DNA of 64,000 bases from Marsupella aquatica (lineage: Eukaryota; Plantae; Marchantiophyta): contig OZ316894.1 in the NCBI GenBank assembly GCA_973895155.1, forward strand, positions 2,930,457 through 2,994,456. The letters run 5' to 3'. Positions 52,450 to 64,000 of this stretch are shown one piece after another. The notes below the pieces were generated by a model, which was not told the DNA's origin, ran no database searches, and worked only from the letters and a program-made list of their open reading frames with translations. Made by a program: the position numbers and the translations under genes. Each line of letters starts with the position of its first letter. Within the stretch, counting starts at the first letter, position 1.

Positions 52450-55400
52450 CTACTTGTGATGCAATTGCAAAACCTGCAATACGTCACGGTGTCTAGAGAA
52501 ACTCTCCAAAGGAATCACTTTGGTAAATGCGTCAGCCGGGTTGAGTTTACCATCAATCTTGACTAGCTCAAACAAATTATCAGACACAGCCTGCCTGATA
52601 AAATGGTACCTGACGTCAATGTGCTTCACTCTGCTGTCCATCACCTGGTTCACAGCAAGGTGGAGCGCACTTTGACTATCACAATGGAGCTTCACATTCC
52701 CCTGTGGCAATCTCATTTCAGTGATAAGTCTATCCAACCAAATCGCTTCCTTTGCTGCTTCCGCAGTTGCAACATACTCCGCTTCTGTAGTAGACTGAGC
52801 AATACACTTCTGCAAAGTAGACCTCCAACTTATGCATCCACCGCCAAGTGTGAACACGTATCCTGTTGTTGATCTCCTTCGGTCCAAATCTTGTCCATAG
52901 TCAGAATCAACATAGCCAATCAATGATTTAGCATTCTTTGCATTCACATCAAATAAAAGACCATGATCCACGGTACCCTTCAAGTACCTGATAATCCACT
53001 TCACTGCTTTCCAGTGTACCTTCCCTGGATTCGACATGTACCTGCTCACCTTGCCCATAGCCATGGCAAGATCAGGTCTAGTGCAAGTCATCAAATACAT
53101 GAGACTCCCCACTGCCTTGTCATACAGAACCTTTGACATCAACCCCTTCTCTGTGTCATCCATAGGACAGAACACTGATGATAACTTGAAGTGTGGAGCC
53201 AACGGGGTACTTACTGGCTTGCTATTCCCCATGTTGAACCTTGCAATTACCTTCCTCGCATAACTGCTCTGCGTCAACCATAGCTTGCCAGCCTCCAAGT
53301 CCCTAGTGATCTCCATACCCAAAATCCTCTTAGCTGGCCCTAAGTCCTTCATCTTAAACTCTGCACTAAGCAGTGCCTTGAGCTTAACAATCTCAGACCT
53401 ATCCTTGGTTGCAATTAGCATATCATCCACATAAAGTACTAAAACAATGAACCCAAAGACAACATTCTTTACCGGTTTCAAATACACACAAGGGTCAAAT
53501 ACACTTATGTGAAAACCTTGTGACCGAATCCAATTGTCAAACCGCTTGTTCCACTGTCTTGGTGACTGCTTCAACCCATACAAGGATTTCAGCAATCTGC
53601 AAACCAATTCCTCATGTCCTCTCTTCACAAAACCTAGCGGTTGTCTCATGAAGATCACCTCTTCCAATGTGCCATAGAGGAAAGCTGTGACAACATCCAT
53701 CTGATCTAGCAGCAGACCAAACATTACAACAAGTACACAAATAGTCGTATTGTAGAGTACTTAGCAACTGGTGAGAAGACCTCATTGTAATCCACACCTT
53801 TCTCTTGTGTGAATCCCTTTGCTACCAACCTAGCCTTGTAGACCTTCGATCCACCTCCTATGGAATTATCCTTCAGCTTGTAAATCCACTTGCTGTCCAC
53901 CACTTGCTGACCCTTAGGCAGCTTAACAAGCTCCCAAGTTTTGTTGTCCTTTAGTGACTGCATCTCCGTTTGCATTGCTGCAGTCCACTTCTGCTTCTCC
54001 TTTGAAGCACTTGCCTCATGAAATGAAGAAGGTTCCCCTTCTTCCAAAATTAACGCATCACCCTCATCATCAGCTGTAAAATCATCCTCTTGCAATTGAG
54101 ATGAATCAACCCACTGTCCATACCTTGGTGGAGCGCGTACAGTGCGACCAGATGTTCTTCTAGCCGATGACTCCGGTTGATCTGCGTGTGCTGGTATAAT
54201 TTGAAGCTCAACAGCATCCACTTGCTGCTCACCAGCATCCACTTGCTGCTCACCAGCATCAACAAACTCCTCTGGTTCCTCTGGCACAGGAACCAGTTCC
54301 ATAATTGGAGCAACTCCTTCTCTCCGATCATGCACCTCATAGCCAATCTCCCCCTCAACGAGATCCGGGATAGGAGATTTTCCTTTGTCAGTACGGGAGA
54401 CCTGAGTATTCTCCCCCTCCTTCAATAATCTGGATTCATTGAAAGAAACATCCCTACTGACAACGAGCTTATAGGCAATAGGATCCCATAGCCTATAGGC
54501 TTTCACACCACTCTGGTACCCAAGAAAAACATATTTCTTGGAGGTAGGATCCAACTTGGTCCTATTCTGCTTTGGTGTGAGAGCATATGCATCACTTCCA
54601 AAAACTACCAAGCCATGATAGTCTGCTTGCCGCTTATAACGCATCTCAAATGGCGTTTTAAAATTGATAGCACTAGAAGGAGAAAGATTTACCAAATAAG
54701 CTGCGGTATTGACAGCTTCTGCCCAAAATTCTTGTGGTAAACCTGATTGGCTCAACATACTCCGTGACCGCTCCAACATTATCCGATTGAGCCTCTCAGC
54801 GATACCATTCTACTGCGGAGTATAAACTGTGATGAGATGGCAAGTTATCCCCTGTTCTGAACAGTACTCTTCAAATTCCATTGAAGTGTACTCCCCGCCG
54901 TTGTCTGACCTCAGACTCTTCACCCTTGTATTCAAACACTTGATCGTGTTTCCAGTCTGATTCTCCACCTGGGCCTTCCACTTCTTAAAAATGGACAAGA
55001 TATCAGACTTATGCGTCATGAAATAAATCCACACAAATCTTGAGTAATCATCAATAAATGATACATAGTACAACTTTCCAGAGTGTAAGGGAGTCAGGGA
55101 TGGACCCCACACGTCACTATGTATGTACTCAAGAACCGCTTTGGAACGATGAGTTCCAACACCAAAAGCACGACGATGCTGCTTTCCAAGAATGCAATGC
55201 TCACAAAACTCTAATTTACAAGATTGCAAATCAGAAATGAGTCCATTCTTCCGTAAGATAGGCAAACCCTACTCACTCATGTGGCCTAGCCGTGAATGCC
55301 ACAGTTGAGTCATCTCCTCGTGAGACTTGGTTACATTGGCCTCTCCACATACAGTATTGCTCTGTAATACATACAAATTCTTTTGTCTACTCCCCTTCAA

Positions 55401-56773
55401 AATCCCGACCTCACTTGAAGTTCACCATCAATAACGCTCCATTGATGACCATTTGAATCCAACACACCGAGTGAAATCAGATTCTTACGCATGCCAGGTA
55501 CATACCTGACTCCGGACACTGTGTGCATAGTGCCATCAAACATTTGAATCTTCACAGACCCAATTCCCTCAATTTGACAGGAGTGATCATTTCCCATCAG
55601 AACTGAACCGTTTGAAACAGAGTAAGAACTGAAAAACTCACGAATGTAACAAATATGAAAAGAGCAAGCACAATCAAGAATCCACACATCATCTGCTCTC
55701 CTAGATGACGTGCATAGGGCATACCCCCGGCTTCATAAAACATACTCATCATTGAGTAAATCAGCTTCTCCATCAGCCCTAGCCACATTTGCCGATGAAG
55801 TTTCTGCTGCCTTTCCCTTACAATCTCGCTTGAAGTGTCCAACTTGGTTGCACTTCCAACATGTCACCTGCCTACTCTGAGGGGATTTACCCTTGGACTT
55901 AGATCTGGATTTAGATCTAAACTGGGTTCTACGGTCCCCAGTTGGTCGCTGCATACTCCTCCCACGGTTAACATTGAGGGCAACACCAGATGATGAAGGC
56001 TGTGACGTGATGTGCATCTTCTGCTGAAGATCATCACTAAGCAGAGAACTTACCACGTCATTGTATGAAATGGTATCCCTATCACGATGCAACAACACTC
56101 GTGATAGGGACTAGTAAGATGGAGGCAATGAACTAAGAAGCTGCAGAGCCTTCGTCTCATCATTCAAAGTCTCCCCAAGGTTTTCCAAGTCAACGACCAT
56201 GTTGTTGAAAGCATCCACATGGTCTTGCAACTTCGTACCAGATTCCTTCATCCTGAAACTCATCAGTTTGTAGGAAGTGTAGAGCCGGTTCGACAACTTT
56301 TTGCGGTGATACTTGCTCTGCAATTCCGCAAACAAGGACATGCAATCCTTATGTGCACCCAACTGCTTGATGATGGGAGGCATGAGATAGAGTGTAACAC
56401 ACCACACTCCCTGCTCCTGCATGCGGTCCCATTGTTTCTCATCAACATCGTTTTCACGAGGGCTCAGCAGTTGGCCCATCCCTGATGCATAGAGCACTCC
56501 CTTCACCTGCTTCTCCCATAGCAAGTAGTCAGAGCGCCCATCATACTTTGTCACTTCATACTTGGGTCCCCCAAGCTTGAAAGTCCCCATCTTCTTCTTT
56601 GGCACTACCGTGAGCTCCGGTAGTAGTACTGCTTCCTCCACCACACGCCGCACCGGTGATGGTATCGGTGTCACGTGCTCTTCCTCCTGCTCCTCTCTCT
56701 GCCCCTGAAACCTCCGCGGTGATCCTCGTGTTTCAAGTTCCACATCTTCAAAAAACTCCTCCGAATCACTCAT
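52450..56773 (-). pseudogene. Copia gag-pol, disrupted by stops and two frameshifts
   Basis: Motifs YEVTKYDG, RSKSRSKSK, CWKCNQVGHFKRDC, WILDCACSFH, HSDVWGP, SDNGGEY, KARLVAKGFTQ, LYVDDM, YVDSDY, KHIDVRYHF. Frame changes at ~55400 and ~53724. Confidence 0.95.
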
Positions 56774-57930
56774 ATGAGAAAATCACAAAAAATATTGTTT
56801 TTCACAACTTCTCAAAAAAATTGAAACTCAACACCACCGCGTAGCCCACAAAGCTAGGAGTCCAATACTGAAAACCGAAATCAAAATCGAAATTTGACGG
56901 AAAAGTTATTCAAATTTCGGTCGAGGTGGGTAAAACCTTGGAAAACTCCCCCGTTTTGACCACCTCAGGGAATAACCGAAATACCAAGTACAACCCGTTG
57001 TCGGAATTGCGATGTGATTGGTGCGCCGCGTTGCCAACTTCAATGGCTACGACCTCGCCAAAAAATAACCAAAAAAGTTACCGTTCGGTGGATGAAATCT
57101 TTGTCGGACGGTCAAAAAATAGCTCTCTGGTTTTTTGGAATATTCTATGACCCTTGTACAGGCCCTGTGGGAATTTTGGAAGAACAATCGAGGGGCTGAC
57201 ACGTGTCCTCGAACCCCCAAAACCCCCTACCACCCTTCGTCGTCGAAATCTGGTCGCGCGGGCAGAAAATACACACGGCAGAATGTACCCCTCGACACCA
57301 AATGCAAGATATCTCACTCGGGTTTTGACGAAATCAAGATCTAATTTCAGATTTGGAAACTAGACTCCGAGGCGGTGAAGATCGTGAAGATCGAAGCACC
57401 CAAAACGAGGAAAGAACGAGGGAGAAAAAAATTGGTAAAGATGACAGATTTCTCTCAATTGCCATAGCCAATTTCGAATCAGTTTTTCAAAGAGAAAAAA
57501 ATGGTACCTTGTCAACAACAAATGTTGATCAATTGCACTTGGTGCCGTCACCAAGTCCAACAAGGTAATTGATTTTGCTTAGCCTTCCTCTTTGCATCAA
57601 AGAGCCAATCCCGGACTCAAAAACAATCGTCTTGCCTCAATCTCTCCGTTGAGTCAAAACACTTGACGCTTCTCCCTCCGAGTTGATTGCCAACTTTCTT
57701 CACAAAATCCAGAACGACAAAAACTTAGATCTTTCTGCACCACGAGCTCCGTTCGGCGATTTCTTCACACCGTTAGAAAGCTCTTGCCCTGATCTATCCG
57801 TTGAGCCCATAAACTCCAAGTTCCATGCGACGGAACTCTGGGAAATCCACCGACACTCAACGCTGGAAAAAACCATCATGAAATCCCGTCACGAACACAC
57901 GTCACCTCCCAAGCATGCTCTGATACCAAT

Positions 57931-58351
57931 TGTTGAGCATAGACGACGATCGCAACGGCAAGCCCATGAACCATCCAACGCACAATAGTCGACACAAGAG
58001 ATACGTGGTTCACCTCCTTGAGGCTACGTCCACGGGAACACACAAGAGAGCTTTACTGAACTCTAAGCCCGTTGGCTATACCGAGTCTCCACAGTGTAAG
58101 CTCTCCCTATCTCTCAAGTGACTCCATAACAATGAGCCTTGGTTCTACCTCTCCAAGCACACATGCCTCTTATGATATAGTGTGCAACTTAGTTGTACCT
58201 AACCACATAGTTGTACCTAATCACGTAGTTGTACCTAACTACATAGTTGTACCTAATCATGTAGTTGTACCTAACCACGTAGTTGTACCAACCCACGTTG
58301 TTGTACCAACCACGTCATACCTAACCTAGACGTAAGAGTAAATACCCAACA
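57931..58351 (-). repeat. 5' LTR of copia element 2
   Basis: Adjacent to the PBS; TG...CA ends intact. Confidence 0.97.
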
Positions 58352-58520
58352 GGCACAATAGAAGGCAACTCTTGTTTCACTTGACTATGCAAAATGGCTC
58401 ATAGTAGAGGTCATTATATCTCTATTAACTCAATTTTTTTGCTGATTTACTATCAGTCCAAAAAAATTCCTTGGACAATAAGTCAAGGCAGCTTGCTGTC
58501 TTCCCATAATAAAGGCACTC

Positions 58521-58660
58521 CCCTTCTATTTTAATCAAAGAAAATGAAAACGTTGTGAATGCCTACCATAACTTCTCCTTCCCTTTTTTGCCCTTCTATT
58601 TTAATCAAAGAAAATGAAAACGTTGTGACTGCCTACCATAACTTCTCCTTCCCTTTTTTG
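58521..58660. repeat. Tandem duplication, 2 x 70 bp
   Basis: cccttctattttaatcaaagaaaatgaaaacgttgtga.tgcctaccataacttctccttcccttttttg occurs twice with 1 mismatch. Confidence 0.95.
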
Positions 58661-59589
58661 CATCCTTGCCAAAATGTTTGAACACAAAACCTCAGACAGT
58701 TCTGGATTTGATGTAATCAGTCTCTTGCATGCTTACCCAGTCCTTCCAAGGGACTTAATGCACCACTTAATGCCCTTTGTGATCTTTCTGTTTGTAATTT
58801 TCAGTGCATTCATGGAGAAGATGCGCAGTCAAGATTTAGATAGGCACGTTCCAAAATTTTATTTGTGACCAGGTTCAATTGGCACATGTGCAACTCAAAT
58901 ATTATCTTAAGTAGCAACCAACAATTATATGCTTGTTGATGGACTGACAGAACCACTACTGTAGCTTGCATTTGTTCATAATGTTTCATTCAATTTCTTG
59001 GCCTTGCATTCTTCCCGTGTTTGACAGCCCAGAAGATGGTCAATGAAGGGGTCCTTTTCCTACCACATGGCAGGGTTTCCTTGGACCTCTCTCTAGACGT
59101 TCTTTGTTTCTTCCGTGTTTCTTTTGCTGTTTGAATTCAAACTCTTGGTTAAAGCGCAGGACTGTTGTGTTAAATGTCTATGGGTGACTACTTCTTGGGA
59201 TATAGAGCATTTTGTCTTTTTGTGAATCAATGGTTTTGAACACAGTGTCATACTCAGGTGAGAATACTTTGCAATATGTGTGCACATATCAAATCTGAAT
59301 TGGGTTGTTCTTTCAGTCTCCCGGGCAGTCTCCAAGCTATTGATCACAGGTTATCAGCCACAGTTGATCAATATATAGTCTACCTGCAATTTTTGCAGTG
59401 CATGTGGTATACTGAATTCTAAGTTGAATGATCTATGGTCTATCACAAAGTAACTCAAGCATATCATTTTGTGACTCAACTTGACATTTGTTACTTAAAT
59501 TAGACAGACGTAAGCTCCAACTTCAATTAGTGGTAGCTTGTGGTACAAGCTAGTCTTGCATCACCAGCGGATGGAAGTTCATTGATGGC

Positions 59590-60150
59590 ATAGTGGTCCC
59601 ACTAGTTCAAAAGCTTGATGAAAAGAATTATTACCGGTTCAGGCTCGCTTTGAGACCTACAATGCTCAAGCCGCTCATGCTAGGATGATCATTCTTTCAA
59701 CCTGTAATAAGACACATACAGTTCAGGCATCTTTGTCTTTGGTGCCTGCTTGGGTGCCTACAGCAAAAGATTGTTAGGATGAGTTGAAAAATGTATAAGC
59801 CTCACCTGGGGCTTATCCAGAAGCATATTACTTGCCCAGATTACTTGAGTGACATTTGCCAAATTGCAGTGTTGTGGGGAGGATATGGAGACTTCCACGG
59901 GGACTTCCTCTATGCAAATTATTGTTGTGCTGCAGTGGTCAATCTCATCAATTCTGTTGTGCAAGCAATGCAATTCCCTCGGCAATTCCTTCATAGTCCG
60001 AACGAGCATTTCAATCACTATACCACCAATGTAAGCAAGCACATCCGAGGGAACCTGAATGATCCTCCATCTCTTGACCTTCTTCTTCACCAGCACACTC
60101 AGGATGACTATCAAACCTACCCTAATTGGGCCGGGAATTGGGCATAGTTG
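59590..60150 (+). mobile_element. Decayed copia gag remnant
   Basis: Fragments VQKLDEKNYYRFR, ARMIILST, TAKDC*DELKNV and PPSLDLL follow the copia gag motif order (KL..NY..W; AK..W..L). Confidence 0.45.
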
Positions 60151-63100
60151 CAGTTCACCGTCAAGAAAATATCCTTGTGCCCCACAATGCACAACCTTGG
60201 ATTTGTGCTCTTATTGTGTGAAACTCTCAACTCAGACTTGACAGCAAAATGCAGAACATGAGAATACACAAAATCACACGCTACACAAATGAGACATTGC
60301 CAATGGAGAAACTCCTGAAAAATCCATACCACATGAAAATATGTGTGAAGAATGAAAAAGAGAACTCAATATTATCCGTGTAACCTATAACTCGCCCACC
60401 CCCAACTAAGATGTAAGGGCCTATCTAATCTATCAAGGGTTAAGTAACTAACCCTAGTGACAGAGGCAAAAACAAACTCTAGTCAGGAACTTGAGTCAAT
60501 TCCTAATACTTGCCGACTCCTTGTTGCATGGAGGACACCTATTAGTATAAGCATGCAATGTCTATTGACCAGGGCGCCCAATACAATTATGTACAATACA
60601 ATGCATCTAACAACTTCTTAAAGGGATGAATAATATGCATATGTCTCTTCCATCCTGATTCTCCTTTACTCCTTGCTCCACTTGTTGTTTGCAATATATT
60701 TGTGCAGTATTAACATCATGCACACTCTGACGAGACTCCATCAGTGGATACTGGCACCTGAAGCCTCCCATGAAGATCCTTTCAAGGCCACACCTCACTT
60801 TTCTTGACACATCAAACACTCTTTTGATTGTTGCAATTAAACAGGGTTTGGATTAGAGTATTCTATATTGTAAAAGTGTTCATTTGAGATTGAAGCTTTA
60901 TTGATGCTGACTGGCTTCCTGCCCTTTTCCACCCTGGCACTGTCCACTCATCTATATCAGTAAGTTGTGGAATAAGTACTTACTCTTGCGGACGTCCAAT
61001 TTCCACCTATTTGAAGTAGTCTACTGAATCTGAATGTATGGTCATTTCTTGGCGGTTTACATTGGTTGTCTTCTCCTTGAACTCCAGCTTCCTCTCCTTG
61101 AACTATTAATATCCCTTTTCAATGGGAAGACCCAGGGGTCCTCACCAGGGTACTGCCTTAATTTCTTCCGACCCATTACGCACATATATGTATAGATTGT
61201 TTTTACTGGGTTTAGTGAAAGACTGATGATTTTTTGTGGAAGGGTTTAGCAATAGAGTATGACAATTGCTATGTTGTGCCAGAAAATTTTGATATTCAGA
61301 GGATGCTTTGAGTAGTGATGGACATGGCAAATCTGGGTAAGGTGGTCCTTCCTGTGCATACCCATAGCTATTAGGGCTAGTGGTGTCATACATAACGCTT
61401 TTGGTTACTTACTCACTTTGCAATAGTGTAATGTGCACATACACTTCATTGAGAGGGAATCAAAGAGGATTTGCAGCAAGAACAAGTAAAATGGAGAAGG
61501 AATGCACAAGAGAGAAGGTAGCGTCCAGGAATATCCCAAGGTTTCTATCCTTCCTTCAGATCGCCATCTCTCGGCTGAGTGAATCGAGCTTCACTTGCCA
61601 CAGCGACTATTTGGCCCCATACCTTATCGAAAAAGCTGCTTCCCATCGTCCCTCGCTGGAGATCAGCAATCCTGTAGTGGTTCTCCAGTCCAGACTCCAA
61701 TACCCTTTGATGGTCCACGTCTTCCTGGCAATTGTCTCAGCCATCCAGCGTCAACCTACTTATTACTGTACCGCCTCCAAAAGTCCGAAACCTGTCAGCA
61801 TGGCGAGCGAGAGGCGGGCAGGAGAATGACGCCGCAGCAGTAGCAGCAGCCATCAATTGCACTCGCGAGCACCTGGCTGAACGTCAAAAGGACAGTCTGC
61901 CATCACGGCACCACGCTATAAACAAGATCTGATTCGCTGATAACTTTGCATCGGTTCTCAATTAATTATATGCTCACCATGCCATTAACTTGTCCGTTCG
62001 CCTTTAGTTTGGGAACGACGGTGGATGGGTACATCATTCCCCCATCATTTCCTGTTGGTTCTCTCTAAGTACCCATTTCTCCAATTCGAAATCTTCCGTC
62101 CCTGTACCCGTCTTTCAAGGAATTCTGGAATACGGTCAGCTCCATTTACGTTCATTATTTTACTGAAGCTGGTGCCCAGATGGACGGCAATAGGAGCGGT
62201 GAAGTCATTTCTAGCTGTCATTAGTTAGATTTAGGGATTGGCGATAATGACGGTGCGTCATTCATCTTAGTAATGAAGGGTTACTCGTACAGTAAGATTA
62301 CTGTTCACTTGTTCAGTGCGGTCGGATGGTCGCTCATCATCTCGTCATGGTATCATGAATGCGGTGGGACAAAGTCCACAAAATTCCACAGCCCACAGCT
62401 ATAGCGAGAATTGAACTTCTCAAGTCATCTCTCTGAGCTTGGGAGTTGGAGATTTGACCGTCGAATTGAGTCTTCCCACCATCAATGAGAACACTGCGTG
62501 TCCAAATGTCCAATGCTCGAAATCGGTCCACTCCTTTTCATTCTGGATTCTGCTGAAAATTTTCAGGCTGACCTGGACAGACAGTTTCTGAGCTTATAGT
62601 ACTGTGGCTATTTGCAAGGTCCTGCCAAGCGTAGCCTGTGACACACGAATTCAACGTGACAGTGGTGTGAACGTGAACACAGGCAGTCTTATTATATCTC
62701 ATACCTTCTCAGTCGATCCTCATTTTCCTTGCTTGGCTTTGGAAACTCAGGCCCTCAATATAAAGTCCTTTATGCTCACAAACCGAAGAACCGAAGGTCA
62801 TCCAAGTGAGCCAACGAGTCGTCCTCAACCAGCCCGTTATCGACTTGTAGCATTTAATAATCAAATACTGTGGCTACTATAAGTCATATTTCCTTGAATA
62901 GTCTACTGCTAGAATTTTTCAGTCTGCATGACTCATTAACAATATTTGAAACAGCTACGTACACTTGAGTCAATCCAAAAATAGAATGTGACCATCCATG
63001 CTGCTGTGATGAGGTTTATATGTGGAGATTCTTTAGTGCACAGCAAGCATTGCATCAATCAACACAACGAATGGCATGGAAGAATGAAAATAATCTTTAG

Positions 63101-63229
63101 ATGGTGATGCATTCTCTCGAACTTTTACACTTCGGTTCTAAACAAGCTACATCTAGAAGTCCAACACTTTTTTACAAGCATTCCACATACTTGTGGAGCA
63201 CCAATATGCCTTTTTAGATGCATGGTTCG

Positions 63230-64000
63230 GTCTGGAATGGAACCACACACATCGAAATTAACAAACCAGTGTAGGAATTGTCAAATGATAATCGAGTGGT
63301 GCAGACAGTCTGGATGCCACTGTGGACAATGTACAATGGCTTTTATAGTGTCTATCTTTGTTTATTTCGAACTGCTGGATTTCACATATCATGTGGAGGA
63401 TGATCATGCGTGAAGACGTCTCAATCACCCATCGGATTCTTACAGAGTGCCGTAGCAGAATTTCTCTTGAAAAACTCGCATGTGACGCTGTGTCGAGATT
63501 GCAGATTAAAAATGCATGAAAGGGCACCCTTGCGTCGCTCCACGTTCCAAAAGGAACTGTACCGTTGAAATGGACCTTCCCGCTTCCTCCTGCCGCCAGA
63601 CCTTTGACTAAGTTAGTAAATAAACTGTTCACTTAACCGAAGTGCAAACACGGCATCCCACGAAATGACATAGTCCAGTGGATCGTAGGTCTGTTGAAGT
63701 CCTCTTCAACACCATCGTGGCCTGCTGAGTCAGTTTGGAGTACTCCTGACCAAATTTGTCCGCCAACAAGCTACTGTACTGTGTCTTGAATATGGCGTCC
63801 CCTGAATCAACCAACTTGCTGACTGTCAATGAGATCAGATAACACTGTTTCTTCAATCCAACCACAGTCTGCCGAGATGCCTTAACCCGTACCGAGTCAA
63901 CCTGGCACTGAATCCATCGACTCTCAGAAATCAGAAATTCAGGATGTCGATACTCATGCCTGTACTCGAAACTACAGTACATACCATACTTCTCATAGAG
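63230..64000 (-). mobile_element. Decayed L1-type LINE reverse-transcriptase fragment (runs off the window)
   Basis: FTNLVKGLAAGGSGKVHFNG followed after a frameshift by QFLLERGATQGCPF..SAISTQ matches L1 RT domains 3-4 (VNG..F...RG.RQGCPL). Confidence 0.65.

Larger units (their letters stand above)
51839..58351 (-). mobile_element. Full-length Ty1/copia LTR retrotransposon (Tnt1/Tork-like), element 2
   Basis: 421-bp LTRs 51839-52259 and 57931-58351 (about 10 differences by eye). TSD GGCAC at 51834-51838 and 58352-58356. PBS tRNA-iMet at 57917-57928; PPT at ~52260-52271. Confidence 0.98.

Noticed and set aside
60239-60462. Possible solo LTR (TG...CA)
   Set aside because: No matching TSD and no second copy in the window.
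63520-63570. Ankyrin-like VQFLLERGA
   Set aside because: Context (KVHFNG...ERG..QGCP) fits LINE reverse transcriptase better.

Overview
Eukaryotic, non-seed land-plant genomic DNA, most likely a bryophyte or liverwort. This is inferred from a non-angiosperm-type LSU rRNA fragment, an intron-rich plastid RPI gene and the retroelement types. Four intact genes are supported: (1) a multi-exon plastid ribose-5-phosphate isomerase (10697-14053, +); (2) an intronless 275-aa gene (19063-19890, +) of a Kelch/beta-propeller-like family I recall from bacteria and fungi, a strong horizontal-transfer candidate; (3) an intronless ACA8/10-type P2B Ca2+-ATPase (24577-27759, -); (4) a group VIII-b (ESR/DRN-like) AP2/ERF factor (44021-45082, -). 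Mobile and repeated DNA comprises two full-length but stop-disrupted Ty1/copia elements with matching TSDs (2435-8243; 51839-58351), a solo LTR, an LTR-PBS-LTR relic, a Mutator-type foldback MITE, two copies of a TA-TSD MITE, LINE remnants, decayed kinase/LRR pseudogenes, a 98-bp 25S/26S rRNA fragment and many short tandem duplications. The most notable observations are the HGT candidate, a covarying RNA hairpin shared by four different LTR families, and the rRNA fragment starting at the R1 retrotransposon target site.
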